Assembly (NCBI GenBank): GCA_964016885.1
Contig: OZ024740.1
Coordinates: 67,952,001 to 68,016,000 of the forward strand
Source of the DNA: Eledone cirrhosa
Taxonomy: Eukaryota
Reading direction: 5' to 3'
Length of the DNA: 64,000 bases
The notes beneath the pieces were generated by a model, which was not told the origin of the DNA, ran no database searches, and saw only the letters and a list, made by a program, of their open reading frames with translations. This document shows positions 1 to 17,129 of the stretch, piece after piece. The stretch's first letter is position 1. Each line of letters opens with the position of its first letter. The position numbers were made by a program, and so were the translations under genes.

Positions 1-2425
1 AGTGGTTTCAAAGATTTCGAATCAAAACTGTTTAGGTATATGAACGCATTTAACCACTTGCAGTTTCACATACAAATATTCATGATCTACATAGTAAGGA
101 TTTCAAAGCAGAGGTTTAACTAATTCTTATTTTTCAGATGAACTAATACTGAATCTCAATAAAATGTAAGCAAATGAACATCAATTCATAGGCCACTTTT
201 CATAAGCCAATTTTGTTAAATATGCACCTAGCTCACAATCGTGAGCATGAAATAAAGCCGACTTTTGTGGCAAATGTTTTAGAATACGCTTTCAAGCGTA
301 TATCTACATCAAGCTGTATATATATATATAGAGAGAGAGAGAGGAAATAAAGAAAGAGAGAGAGAGATAGAGAGAGTGAGAGGGGGAGAGAGAGAGAGAC
401 AGAGAGAGAGAGTGTAAAGAGTGGAGATGGAATTGAGAAACAATTGTACCCACAAATAGGTACAGTCAGAAAAACTCACGCACAGACACAGACACAATTT
501 TGAACTTATAACGCACAGAAACGGAACGGATACCGACTTTGCAACTTCGGGAAATGTTTATATTTTTCTTGTATTTGGTTTGTGTGTGATTATGTGTGTG
601 ATTCTGTGTGTGTGTCTGTGTGTATGTGTCGGGGGGGGGGGGTTGCATGGGTGTGCGTATGTTGTTGAATATACAATTTATCAATCATATAATATATTGT
701 TAAATACGCTACCTAATTGAACGTTATTGATTACGGTTTCGATAGTGAAATAAATTAAAATTCTTTTCATGAATAACCAATGCAATTTCCAATTGTTAAT
801 TCTATGATATATATTTATATACGTTTTGTATTCAATTCAGTAATAAGAACCTGGCCATTCGCTTAACTTCGATTTATTTTATTGCCATTTATCCTATACA
901 CTTGAACATTTCCAATTTATCTTATTTCATAATGAAGCAACTGAGAGTTTTAACTTTGTCTAATACGCATATCTGATGCATTTGCAATAAATGAAGACCC
1001 ATCCAACGAACAGCTAAACTCGATTTTATTAACAATTCTGTATTCCCTTTGGATAATGCCAACGCATAAAAAAAAAACAGCATTAACTACACAAAAAATA
1101 AAACAATTTCTTCGGTACGTTGAAAACTTCTTATATATCTGCAGATGATGAAACATGTGTTTCGGAATAACATCCCACGTGTCATATAACAAAGTTGTTA
1201 CGATTCTTCTACTGCGTTTAATCACGAACATTTTACACGGATTCAAGATGAAAATAGAACCGCAAAGCAATGTCGAATTATATTGGAAAAATGGGGTGGG
1301 ATGAGGTGATGGTCTTGGGAGGGTTGGGGAAATGATTTCAACAGATGAAACAATCTAATGGATATATCAGATTTCCTGTTTCGAATCCCATTCTGCCCCA
1401 GATGTTCTCTCGATTAACTCCGAATCATCTGTTGCAGTGAACAGGTTAGTATCGTTCAGACGAGAACATGTTTGTATTACCGTGGAAAATAAGGTTTTAA
1501 ACATTGATTCGATAAGGTTTGCTGCAAATAGGGAAAATGATAATTATAAATTCCTGGAATTGCTAACTATTAGAAAAAATCTAAGACAACAAGGGATTCA
1601 ATTATGAGATGAGTAAAGTGCTGATGAAGTTCCTTGCATATCAACATAACATTTTCAGTTAGGTAATATAAGCAACAATGGGAATGGTTATAGATTGGTT
1701 AAAGAAGTACTGAAATAATTGTTAATTCTGGTAGACATTCTGCGATAACATGGGAATCAATTTAAAGATGCGTGCAGCAACGAGAGTATACGCATGAGGT
1801 TAAGGAGGTGGAGGAGGTCAAACGAGCGAAGTGTAGATGTGAGTAAATGAGAGCATCTTGTTTAAGTGACAGTCATTAGACGAATACAGACAATTCAATG
1901 CCTCAAGACTTTATAGTGTGTGCGTGAAATTAAACAATCATTGCAATGGTTGCATACTAGTAAATATAGCAGCGAGGCTTCAGATTACTATTGCAAGTTA
2001 ATGAAATATTTACATATTCCAATATGTCATTATGTAGGAATTATATTATAGAGAGCAATTACTGCCGCAGTTGATTGGTTATTGCGAAGAAGTATGCGAA
2101 GCAATCAAATGTTCTCGCTGACTCGTCCTAGCTTAACCCTTTCGTTACCATATATCTAATGACAATTACTGCCTATGGGTTTCAAATAATCAATAATTTA
2201 GGGAGATTTAGTAAGAATTACATTTAAATTTCTTATTATTAATCCACTACTTTCAAAACAGGAATCCTTTTTATATAAGATGATGATGGAATGTTTTTAG
2301 ACAGAGATACACACTTTAAAACGATTTACCGGGGTAGAACCAGATTTAGTTACAGTCAGTTTGTATTGAAAGAGTTAATTTATTTGGATATATTAGAAGT
2401 AGGGTTATTATTTTTGTTACTCCTA

Positions 2426-2642
2426 GGGCGGTGGATTGGCAGTATCGGTAGAGGGTCGGACGCCATGCTTTGCAGCATAGAGTTACGGCACTTTACGGTA
2501 TGAGTTCAAATCCCGTCGAGGTTAACTTTGCCTTTCATCCTTACGGGTCGGTAAAATAAAGGACTAGTAACGTACGGGGATTGATTTAATCGACTTTCCC
2601 CTCCCACCAAATCACTGGCATTGTGCCTATACTAGAAATAAT
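2426..2642 (+). mobile_element. tRNA-derived SINE with Meta-like central domain
   Basis: A-box-like tggcagtatcggtaga and B-box gagttcaaatccc, then gcctttcatccttacgggtcggtaaaataa and an AT-rich tail; the same layout recurs at least 7 times in the window. Confidence 0.8.
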
Positions 2643-3439
2643 TATCTTTTTTACTCCTGGTATTACACTACCTTAGCTGAACCGTTATCGGACAGATATA
2701 TGCTATAAACAAACCTCGTATGACCATCTAAAGTGTCCTTTATCAAAACGGTTAGGTGAGATTTTATAGATTTGATTGTTATGTCTAGGAGATCAGGTTA
2801 CAAAGGCGGATCCTTCGTTTCATATGCTTGACAACGTGATGTGTATGATGCCCATGGCAACGGCAATAATGATATTTTTTAAATATAGAAACAATGCCTC
2901 AATTTAGTGAGAAATCTATAACATATTATATCAACATACTATTTAACTGGCGCTTCTTTCGTCGGCAGATGGAATATGAAATTAAAGTCGAACACGTCAG
3001 CATTCGATCTCATATTATCAAGTTACGGGACATGATCATATATGGCGAAGTATTTTATACAAAATTCTAGGGAATCTACCATCTAACAGGCTTTCGAGTA
3101 ATAAAATATAATAGCATTGATTAATAGCATTAGTGCATTGTCACACATATTAAATTTGCAGAAAGTGACACGAATAAAATGACCTCGTTATTTGAATAAA
3201 AGAAGTTGCCCTCAGCTTGAGAGAGAGAAGCAATGAGGAAGAAAAAGGCAGATTAATATCAATCCACGGGATTCATTTTGATCAGCCCAGAAAACAAAAT
3301 GAAAACAACAAAACAAACACATCAGGAGAACATCTGAACAAGGAATCTAAAGGGAGAAAACCGCAGGGTGTTCTAATTATCTTGGTTCTAATTTTGCGAA
3401 TGCAATAACATTGCGATGATAAAATTGAATGCGCTAGAC

Positions 3440-3725
3440 GTAGGGGTTAGGTTGTTAGATTCACGATCATAATGTTAAGTTTGATTTCACACGGCACTTT
3501 GTGGCGTTCCACAAGATATTTTAACTTGCTTTGCTCTAGTCAATTCAGCTTGCGAAAATGAGTTGCACCTGAATATGAGCCACCTATGGCACAAACTTTG
3601 TCACGCTGAATATGCCTGTCCTCTATGTTAAATGTACTTATGTCTATAGAATGTTCAACCACTTGCAAGTAAATTTCCCGAGCAGGTTGTTCCATTCAGC
3701 AAACAACAAGAACAGCTATCGTCGG
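3440..3725 (+). mobile_element. Degenerate tRNA-head SINE (second family, related to 53735 copy)
   Basis: ggttaggttgttagattcacgatcataatgttaagtttgatttc resembles the head of the 53735 SINE; heavily diverged. Confidence 0.4.
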
Positions 3726-4514
3726 AACTGAGATATTTCGAACAAAACGAAAGAAAATATTGATTTCTCTCATACATTGGTATATGAGTATGTTGGAGTA
3801 GTAACAATCTATTGTACTGAGTGTAGTACTTCGGGGTTATTATACCTTATCGGCTCCCCCTCCCCAGATGAATGAATGGGAAATTTGACGAGGTTGGAAC
3901 ATTCAATATAAAGAACCATAACCACGAGGCATTCTCTCTTTGCAGTTTTTTCTGGAATTCACCGAAACATCTCTTTTATGATGAACAAATATTTTCATTG
4001 ATTCTGTTTTTGTTCATGCCGATGATGAGGAATATGTTGCTGCTATAAATAAGTCTATCGAAGTTCATGTTTGTCGTATATATTCTGTGCTGACGGTGTG
4101 GCGGATTATAGTGATGGTGTTAAAAAACGATGTTGATATGGATAGTGATGATGATGATTATATAGATGATGGTGATAATAAGGACGATGACTATAATCAA
4201 AATGATCATGATCATGACGATGATGATGATGGTGATGATGTTAGCGACAGTGAAGTGAGCGACAATTTAGATTGGAAAAGGCCTTTACTCCGAATACACA
4301 TGAAATAACATTTCGCAAGCAGCAGCAGCAGCAGGAGAAAACAACAATTGAACAACTGGTGTAAAGGAAGACATTTTCTTTTATCTAAGTCACTTTCACA
4401 AAGATAACCTTTTTCTCTCTTTTGTATTTATTCTGTGGTCTAAGAAGTACTCTCTTCTTTCCATGTCCTATCTCAACACTCAACGTTTCTTTCTGGTGAA
4501 TCTGTGTGTTTGTT

Positions 4515-4780
<266 letters not shown>

Positions 4781-5705
4781 TAAATCACACACCACACAGA
4801 CATAACATAATATAACTGCATTCTTATCCAGACCTTTTAATATCAGTTGAATACGGTAAACCAACACTAAGACATGATCAAGAATTTATTTCAACATCTT
4901 CGGCACCTCTTTTTAATTATATAGTTATTTATATATTGTATTTGTTCTTATCTATTCATTTTTTTTCTGTTTGTTTCTTTACATTTTCTTCGGTCTTTAG
5001 AGAAAAAGCTTTCGCTGTGTCGACGTCAGAAAACGGAGTGTTTTCTTAACCGAAGCAAACATATTGTTTTTGTAGATCTTTTACTGGTGGGATCATAATA
5101 ACCAGTAGCGATTTGTTCACTTGAAACCAGTTAGTATGATAGATAGAAGGTATAAGGTGAAGCAAGGATGGTGGCTTTGGTGGGTGTGGTGCTTGTGGCG
5201 ATGAAAAGGGGAAACACACGTCACAGCCCCCCCCCCCCCCCCCCCCCCATCCTCACAAAAATCTGCCTGGTTTAAATGTCAACCACATAGTTGTTTACGA
5301 TTCCAGTGCAGTTACGATGACAGACAGAGAAAATATAACGTTCGGCTGGTGGGCTGGCTGGTGGTATTATGGAATTAAACGCACCGATGTTATATATATA
5401 TATGTGTATATATTCATGCTTGTATGAATGAATGTGAGTTTGCACGTATGTATTATATTAGTATAAACGCTTCTACATACAACCGCACACAAATGTGTAT
5501 ATATACGAATGTATATATGTATATATATATACACTAATACACAAACACACGAATTATATATATTCATACGTGTATGTACGTGCCTATGTGTGTATGTGTG
5601 TGTATGTGTGTGTAAGTGTGCACGTATTCATATACAAAACAATCCATCAGAGATGTGTGCAAAAACATAAATTCACATCTGTGTAAACGTGTCACTGAAA
5701 TTTCA

Positions 5706-5762
<57 letters not shown>

Positions 5763-6483
5763 GTCAATTTCTTATTTTGTTTTTATCTCACCTCTCCAAC
5801 ACACACCGACTCAGACTACTACTCGCCAACACTCATTTCAATGCTGAGATGAGAAGAGACTCTTTTGCAAATCCTCTGAATTTATTTTGACACGCAGCAG
5901 CGACGTTATGATAGCAACTCGGGCCATCCACGTGGAAATGTGTGACTATGTGCTTTTAACTGGTCGAGTCTGCACACGTTGCCACTCCTCCACTGTTGTA
6001 GGACTTGTAAAGAAATATATGCATATAAAAAATGGCAATGCTACGTGATTTGTGGTACACAAATAGCACCCACTCCATTCTCGCTATATGTCCAGTGAGA
6101 AGCCAAGCCAAGATAACAAGGCATTTTTGAGAATCGCATGTGTTATTTGTATTGAGCTTAAACTCTCCAGGGGGTGCATCCGTACGCGACACGCTTGGCC
6201 AATTGCAGATTGGTGAGGAAACCCATAGCTGGGTTTCAAGGCTGTTGACTCCGTCGAGACTATACGTCCTTTGATGGAACTTATTTTTGTGCTGCTGGGT
6301 TCTTATTTACACTCCTCACCAGATCGGGGGCTTGTCAGAGTGGTGACGGTTTAATTGCCGACCACCGCCTAATTTATGAAATAGGTTTTAGTGAACCATG
6401 GTACAAGTTGCAAACCGGTACCGTGATTACACACACTCGTATATTAAAATACACAATATATATATATATATATATATATATAC

Positions 6484-8736
6484 ATGTGGGCTGCAAACTC
6501 TGCCAAGAGTATTGCAATCGCTTGTCAGTTTCGGATGTGGGGCGCTCGGATACGGCTTTTCAAGCCTGCTAGAGACTTGCACTCCGTCACACACTGACAA
6601 CAACTATGGGTCTCCCTGGCTTGAGGTCCCGTATCAGGTTGCCCGTGAACCCTCACAACACCGTGGAGATCATAGTTCACTGGTTTTCTTTGAACATGGC
6701 TGCGACTGTGGCTCCTGAGACCAGATTTGCTCAAGCAATTTTTTCACACTCAGGGCACTTCAATTCAATGGAGACACCGATCGTTTCGTGCGATACTAAG
6801 GCATTGCTTATGCACATCCCTTTTGATCTTCTCGTGCTCTATGCGCCTGTCCTCAAAATAATGGAGCCCATCATTTACCATTCCACGCCAAGTCTCTCTT
6901 TCAAGAGCTTCTATCTCATAGTCAGCCATCATGAAACCAGGTTTTTTCAATAAGTCCTTTACCCAATCCTAGAATCAAAGCTCGCATACAAGAATTGTTT
7001 TGGGACTCGTTCATTATCCAATCTGCAGAGGTGTCCGGTCCATCGCAAATGCCGTTGGTGGATGATACTCTAAATGCTCTGACACGCACTTCTCTCAAGG
7101 ACCTCAACATCACTCACATGCATCTGCCACTTGATACCAATCATCTTTCTGAGACACTGCTGGAGAAACCGTCCCAGTCTGTGGACATGCCTTTTGTAGG
7201 CAACCAATGTCTCACATGCATACAGAAAAGTTGACAGTACACATGCAGCATACACTCTCACCTTGGTCCTCATTGTCATTCCTCGCCTGCACCAAAGACG
7301 GTCGTTGAGTCTTCCAAATGACTCACTTGCCTTACTAACACGTAGACCATCTTCTGCATCCAGGGAGCAGGTCACACTGAGAGTTCTCCCCAAATACACA
7401 AATGTGTCAGCAGCCTTCAGCTTTTGACCGTATACGTGTATGGAGGGTTCATTGAAAACTTCATCCGGAGCAGGTTGGTACATGACTACAGTCTTCTTCA
7501 GACTGATTGTAAGTCCCAAAGCACTGCACGCATTGGAAAAAGAATCCATAAGGTGTTGCATGACACTCTGGGAGCGTGCAAAGAGATCACAATCATCTGC
7601 ATATAAAAATTATGTGATCAAGGTACTCAGTACCTTAGTGTTAGCAGTGAGATGCCTAAGGTTAAACAGCTTGCCAGAAGTACGATAGCTGAGATAGATA
7701 TCGTGTTGACAATCCTTGAAGGCCACGCAGAACACCATCGCAAAATACAAGGCAAACACAGTTGGTGCAGGTATATCACCCTGCTTGACACAATTTTCAA
7801 CCGAGATTGGCTCAGACAGTTTAGCTCCAACATTGATCCATGCCTGCATGTCATCGTGGAAGAGTTTCAGAATGTTTACAAATCTTGGTATAAGTTCATG
7901 CGCTGCCCAATGCATTTCCCTTGAAGTTGTTTGGCTGAGATCGTATCAACAGGGCCTCTACCATTCCTAAAGCCACATAGGGACTCAGAAAATACCTCAA
8001 TAGCAATTTGCTGTATCAATCTGTCCAACAATATCCTGTACAAGATCTTCCCAGCCACAGATAGCAGTGAAATACCTCTGTAGTTGCCACAAGCATCCTT
8101 GGCTCCCTTTCCTTTGTAAACAACCACCATCAATGCATCTTTCTAATCATGTGGCACATCTTCATTCCAAACATTCACAACAAGATCAGTGAGGCTGTTT
8201 AAAAAGTTATCACCAGCACACTTGAAAATCTCGGCACTCAGTCCATCCTTCGATGTGACTCGCCACTGTTTAATTTGGCAATGGCCTTCTCCACCTCATC
8301 AAATGCAGGGGGATCGGTCATTGCCAGCTTTGTAGGTCTGGATGGAATCGACCGGATGAACTCATCATCAATTTCTGATGGTCTGTTGAGAAGCTCATCA
8401 AAGTGGTCATGCCACCTGATCAGGATTTCCTTCGGATCTCTGAGCAATTCATTGCCGTCCCCGGAGCGAAGTGGTGATATTCGTGAACCGGTGGGACCAT
8501 ACACCTCCATGAGCAGACTGTATCATGTCTATCTGAAGCCTTTTGGATTTCATCAGCCTTTTGACTCCACCAGGTATCCTGCATGGTTCTCAATCGATGT
8601 TGCACTCGTGACTTGATCTACCTGAAGGTCCGTTCACTCCTGTCAGAACGTGTCTCACACAACAATGATGTCAGCACTTTTTGTTTCTCTTCAAGCAAGG
8701 TTTGGATCACTGGATCATTTTCATCGAACCAGTCTT
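6484..8736 (-). mobile_element. 5'-truncated, frameshifted RTE-clade (BovB-like) LINE, RT and C-terminal region
   Basis: Consecutive minus-strand ORF pieces with RTE motifs: DWFDEND, RWHDHFDELLN, YKGKG..CGNYRGISLLSVAGKI, VKQGDIPAPTVF, LGLTISLKKTVVMYQPAP, FVYLGRTL, terminal CxxC..KSLAGLKS; 3' end runs into (TA)n at ~6484. Confidence 0.93.
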
Positions 8737-8750
8737 TATATATATATATA

Positions 8751-9156
8751 CATGGTGGCTGCCAACTCGTTTTCGAGTACGGCCACTACTTTATATCCAT
8801 GTAGGAGAACTCCTACCGATGCGCTGAACGAGTGTGACTTTTTATTCCAGCCAGCGACTTGAAAATTCTGGTGTAAACACTACACTTGTGATAATTATTG
8901 ACACAGTGCTGGGCCCTTGGTACCATGTGACGACAAGTGCAGAGAGATCTCAAGATATAAAGCAATGCCTGTGCCGTGAAGCTTTTATAGTGACCAAAGG
9001 CACTGCACAAAGGCAGTCCCACTCTCTTAACCAAGATGATATTTACCAAAAAGAAGAACAAGTCAACATCATTGGATACCATCAGAGTTGCAGGTGTTAT
9101 ATCAGAGTTTTACTTCTCCTAGAATGCTGCCTTGACAAAGGCTAAGGGGTCATCTC
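8751..9156 (-). mobile_element. ~405-bp non-autonomous RTE-derived element, copy 1
   Basis: Inverted near-identical copy of 14133-14537; 5' part has aaggcagcattctaggagaagtaaaactctgat, resembling RTE 5'UTR motifs; 3' part encodes CSV..FKSLAG like the RTE 3' end at 6525-6734. Confidence 0.8.
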
Positions 9157-10304
9157 TCCCGGTGATTTTGGATGGAGTTTGTAGGTACAAGTATAATGTG
9201 GCGGCCAAAACAGGCGGCGCGGTGGGACCGGGGCAAAGCAACCCACTCCGAGTAATTTCGTTTACCGAAAGAGGAGAAATTTATTTTTCCGAGCACTCAA
9301 GGAAGGCTGACCTTTCCGAGTGCCCAGCGCGCAGCCTGGAAAAAGCCACCACACAAGTCGTATGTAGCAACCCAATGAAAAGTGCAAATAGACCAAAATT
9401 ATTTTAAAGTCCCAGTTAGTCCGGGTTATAAGTAGTGTGGTTCCTGGGTGTGTAGGGGGCTATGAAAGGTGCATAATGACCTGAGTGAAGAAAAGTTACA
9501 AAAAAATAATAAAAGCAGCATACAAAGATAAAATACCAATATACAGATAGAATACATTGATAAAAATATATTAATAAAATAATAAAAAATAATAAAATAA
9601 TAAAATAATAAAAAAAATATACATTAATGAAATAATAAAAAAAACATTGATAAAGGTAAATAAGAATCAATATATATCAAGTTGTAGTAAGATAATACAA
9701 GTTGTACATATAGATATAGATATAGAGGATGGAGGAGATGGAATGGTAACAGGTTGTAGCTAGTGTAAAGTTCGGGTCTCCGAATTTAGTGCGAGTCACA
9801 AAAAGTCCTAATGTATAGAGTAGAGAATTCAGTCAATACAATACATGTTTCAGTATAATACGTAGAGTTTTGTTGGAATCGGAATCATCCCGACAAGGAA
9901 GTAGTATCAGGTGGCAGTAGATAAGGCGCAGAGCAGCCACAATCCGAATGGTAAGTAGATCAGTTAATCCCATGCTGGCAATAGGTTTACACTGAAGTCA
10001 GTGCCGCTGTTCAATATTACATTTTGAAGTGCTCAACATTATAGGAGCATTATTTCTTTAGGTTTATTGGTTCACCACCGGACAGAACCGGTCACTCCGT
10101 ATGGTCAATACATTGACCATATATATACACACATACATACATACGATTGACCATATATATACATACAATTGACATACGATATACATACGATTGACCATAT
10201 ACATACATACATACATACATGCATACATACATACATACATACATACAATACATATATATATATATATATATATACATACATACATACATATATGTATACA
10301 TACA

Positions 10305-13300
10305 TTATTCAACGCGATCAGTCGCATATTTTGGCGTGGGAGACTATTTATTAAATTTAAGATGAATACTATCTACGACAGTAATGCCACAACTAGAGCC
10401 AGGTTGAATAACTGGTTATTCTTCTAACTACCCCTTCTGAAGACACCTTTTATTCGAATTCGTTGAGATATCCGAATAAATACATAATTCATTTTACAAG
10501 GATTTGCTACAAACAGCATGGCTAAACAGAACATCAACACAAAAATTAAGGAAGTATCGAAGACAAATAACAAAGAAGGTAATCAAACTTTCTTTAGTTA
10601 TAACTACAGAAGAAACCGAAATTATAAATCGCATTTCTCTTGGAGTTGCGAACTTAATAATGATTTATTTAATTGTTATAACATAGCAAAAACCAATCCA
10701 TCCATTGACTATATGAATAGTATGAAGCTACACTGGGACGAAATGCACCCAGAGCTAAATTATTTCACAGCGAAACAATTACGCCAACATGCGACGTTTG
10801 TTGAACGTAAAAATAAGATAAATATTATTAATTGTAAGTCCCCCACAACAAACATGGAATCAACAACACGTGCTACCGATCGCCATGCTACTAGACTTCC
10901 TAGCAGCCAGGTCGAACAGTGCCTTGAAACAACTATGCCTGTAAGAAACTTGACACCACCTGTACCATCTAAGTCTACCTCGAATGCTGGGGAAAACACT
11001 ATCGATAATAATAATAATCGAAGAAATAATAATAATAATCGAATAAATGTGACACCACGTATGCCATCCGCGTCTACCTCGACTGTTGTGGAAAATACTA
11101 TCGATAATGGTAATCAAAAGTATAAACAATTGAAAATTTTCCTCAACGAAATCTTCCAGAGAGAAATTAACTCATGTATAAATATCTCTCTGGCTGAACG
11201 TGTTAAAATGACAATGGTGAATAAAAAACCAAATAATGAAATACTACGTGTTATTGACGAAATAGGGGATGAATATTTACGACGGATAAAAACCCCAACA
11301 TTTTGGCAATTCAACGCCTGTTTATATGCCTTAGCAATGATAGTGAAGCATTATCTTGGTGATAGCAGAGATATTAACAAGAACAAAACACCACCAAAAA
11401 TACGATCATATATAACTAAAATAGAAAAAAGGAGTACTGACCTACGAAAAAACATAGGACATGTGACAATACTCCTTACATGCAAACAAACACAACAAAA
11501 CCTCACTCCTCACCAACAAAGAGTGAAAAATAAAATAGAGACGATGTTTGGTAACAGTAGAACCAGAACACTCCAATATAAGCTGATCACCCTCAAACAA
11601 GAATTGAGAGCTGTTAGCAAAAAACGCCGATACCCGAAGAAGGTAGATGAGAGAAAAATGCTTAATAAAAGATTCAGGCGAAACCAAACATCAGTCTATA
11701 GAGATATGAAGGGCAAAATAATAAGTGTTACCCAGAAAGACATAGATTCCTTTTGGAGAAAAATATGGAGTGAAAAGAAGAATTTCAACCAAGATGCAGT
11801 GTGGCTAAGAGAAATCAGAAAGAAATATTGCTCCTACACTACAACAAAAACATACTAAATAAGTGAGGGTACACTTGAGACTGTCATAGGAAAACTCCAA
11901 GATAAGAAAACACCAGAAAGAGACATGATTGTCGGCTACTGGTACAAAAAACTAATATTCTATCGGAGGTATCTTACTGAACTCTGCCAACAAGTTCTTA
12001 ATGGAGATACACCTATACCAGAATGGTTGACATTAGCACAAACGTTACTGGTCCCCAAGAACAAAGACACCCACTTGGCAAAACACTACCGACCCATTTC
12101 ATGCCAGAACCTGATGTATAAGATGTATACAGCCTGCCTGAACCTATTCCTCCAAGATCATTGTGAAAATAATAACATCATCACAGATGAACAAGCAGCT
12201 GGAAAGAAAAGAGTTTGGGGATGTGCTGAACAACTCCTAATCAACAAAACTGCGATGTCGGAGGTGCGATAACTTAGGAGGAATATGACTACAGTCTGGC
12301 TGTACTACAGGGAAGCTTTCGGTTCAGTTCCCCACTCTTGGATGATAGAGGCCCTCCAACTTGCTAAAGTCCCAGACATTATGTCAGAGCCATAGAGAGG
12401 CTGTCTTCTTCTTGGGCTACTATCCAATGGTTAAAGACAGAGAGGGAGGACTCTATTTTCACTGATAAAATAAAATATTGCAGAGGTATATTTCAGGGGG
12501 ACAGTCTCTCTGTGATATTGTTCATCTTGTCATTAAACCCCTTATCCTTTCTGCTCAAGAAATGTGAGGTATACATCATTGGCTCACAAGAGGACAGAAA
12601 TACGAACCTAACCCATAACTTCTTTGTGGACGATCTGAAACTCTATGCTAAGAACATGGATGGGATGAAGAAAAATCTTGAGCTGGTTACAACGTTCTCT
12701 AAGGATATAGGAATGGAGTTTGGCCAAGATTAATGCTCATACATGAATGTAAATCGGGGAAAAACAACAACCCGATCTAGCAACATTGTCATCAATGGTC
12801 TAATTGTTTCACCGATATCTGATGAGGACTGCTACAGATACCTGGGGATAGATGAGAACATATCCTATAATGGTATCTGTAATAAAGAACGCGTAAACAG
12901 AGAATACTACACCCGATTAAGAAAGATCTGGTCATCGAAACTCTCTGCCCAAAACAAAACAGTGGCTCACAATGTGTTTGCTGTGCCTGTCCTAACACAT
13001 TAAAAGCTACAACAATGTGGAAGACATCCATGTACATAATATGAAAGAGTACTGGTGGAATGTTCCAGTAAAAACACCAATAAAATGCAGGCATAACAGA
13101 CCAGAAAATATGATATGGGACAGGGAGAAGAAAACCTGCACAGTAGTGGAAATTAGCTGCCCAGCAGATGCCAATATAATATAAAAGATTAGTGAAAAGG
13201 AGAATATTTATGCAGAAGTTATGAGAAATCTGCAGATACTCCACCCTGATTACACCTTCAGATTTATGCCTGTCATTATTGGGGCACTGGGATATGTTAG

Positions 13301-13658
13301 TAACTGCCTCAATACAAATCTTGAGAAGCTAGGCTTCACAGGAACAGAAAGAACACAACTAGTTAGGAAACCACAAGTACAATCGATTAATGGAACAGTA
13401 GAAATATGTAAAACATTCCAAAAATATGGCATCTAATAACTGCATATACACCTGTACAGATACAAAGCATATACACATGCACACATACAACTCAAAACAT
13501 ACACATCTACACATACAATAACATCCATATCTACACATGCATACATACATATCTACCTAGTTGATGTTGTGTAAATTCCAATGAGAGGGATTTGTGTCTA
13601 TGTTAGAAACCGACTCTCTCTCTATTGGTAAAACTTTGTGAAATTATAAAACAAGAAG

Positions 13659-13660
<2 letters not shown>
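10305..13660 (+). mobile_element. R4/Dong-clade non-LTR retrotransposon (family A), inactivated, with an internal deletion
   Basis: ORFs 10518-11858, 11925-12272 (YRPISCQNLMYK, EQAAGKK..GCAEQLLINK), 12512-12733 (FFVDDLKLY..IGMEFG), 12743-13003 (YRYLGI); RLE endonuclease remnant (HNRP..W, PVIIGALG) at ~13090-13436; the thumb/Zn-knuckle region is missing near 13000. Confidence 0.9.
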
Positions 13661-13700
<40 letters not shown>

Positions 13701-13717
13701 TACATACATACATATAG

Positions 13718-13915
13718 GGCGGGTAAAATTCCGGAGAACCATGGACGAGTTCTCTCCAGCGATCTCTGTCCCTCATTATCGCTGCTATTCCTGCGTCTCC
13801 AACATACCAGTTTCTGTTCTTAGGGCATCAACATACGGTAACCTTGGTCTTCCTCTTCCAGTGTGTCCATGTAGGGGCTCCCACAGGAGCACTGAGTGCA
13901 ATGTCAACTCTGGAT
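13718..13915 (-). mobile_element. 3' fragment of an RTE/RTEX-type LINE
   Basis: Minus strand translates LWEPLHGHTGRGRPRLPYVDALRTETG, a typical RTE/RTEX C-terminal motif. Confidence 0.65.
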
Positions 13916-14015
13916 ATACATACACACACACATATATATATGTATGTGTGTTTCAGAAGATCCCGTTAAGAGTGTAAGCAGCGACTCTCTGCTTAAACTT
14001 TAATCTGTTATTTTA

Positions 14016-14067
<52 letters not shown>

Positions 14068-14132
14068 GCATTTATGTATGTATGTATGTATGTATGTATG
14101 TATGTATGTATGTATGTATGTTTGTATGTATG

Positions 14133-14537
14133 AGATGACCCCTTAGCCTTTGTCAAGGCAGAATTCTAGGAGAAGGAAAACTCTGATATAACACCTGCAA
14201 CCCTGATGGTATCCAATGATGTTGACTTGTTCTTCTTTTTGGTAAATATCATCCTGGTTAAGAGAGTAGGACTGCCTTTGTGCAGTGCCTTTGCTCACTA
14301 TAAAAGCTTCACGGCACAGGCATTGCTTTATATCTGGAGATCTCTGCACTTGTCGTCACATGGTACCATGGGCCTAGCACTATGTGTCAATAATTGTCAC
14401 AAGTGTAGTGTTTGTACCAGCGTTTTCAAGTCGCTGGCTGGACTAAAATGTCAAACTCGTTCAGCGCATCGGTAGGGGTTCTACTACATGGATATAAAGT
14501 AGTGGCCGTACTCGAAAATGAGTTGGCAGCCACCATG
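14133..14537 (+). mobile_element. ~405-bp non-autonomous RTE-derived element, copy 2
   Basis: Matches the reverse complement of 8751-9156 end to end; starts gagatgacccc, ends gagttggcagccaccatg followed by microsatellite. Confidence 0.8.
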
Positions 14538-14843
14538 TATGTATATATATAAATATATGGTTTGGTATGGTTCCGTAGCTCATGGTGGAGTCGTATGGGA
14601 GTTTCTTGTGTATTTTAACCCTGCGGAGCCTATTCCTCTCCAGGTCTTAACACAGCAGAAGTTAAGCAAAAGAAGGATAGAAAATGAGAGAATTCAAGTA
14701 AGAAAGAGATATAGAGCAAAAATAGACCCCAGTACAAAGCTGGTTTCTTTTTATCGTACTCAAAATGGTGGAAAGCAAAGTTGGTGTCGATGGTATTTGA
14801 ACCTAGAGACCAGTGAGCCGAAACGAATATACCAAATACTCCA

Positions 14844-17105
<2,262 letters not shown>

Positions 17106-17129
17106 CACACACATATATATATATATAAA

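Noticed and set aside
1-2400. Host exons in the non-repetitive left end
   Set aside because: No convincing ORF or domain; small exons cannot be excluded without RNA-seq
4087-4308. Asp-rich 73-aa ORF
   Set aside because: Degenerate (GAT)n microsatellite with no splice or domain support
5800-6430. Possible LINE 5'UTR with an HDV-like ribozyme on the minus strand
   Set aside because: Higher GC and some hairpins, but I could not assemble the nested double pseudoknot or a coding continuation
9157-9520. GC-rich block next to the RTE-derived element, possibly another LINE UTR
   Set aside because: No second copy or recognisable motif in the window; unassigned
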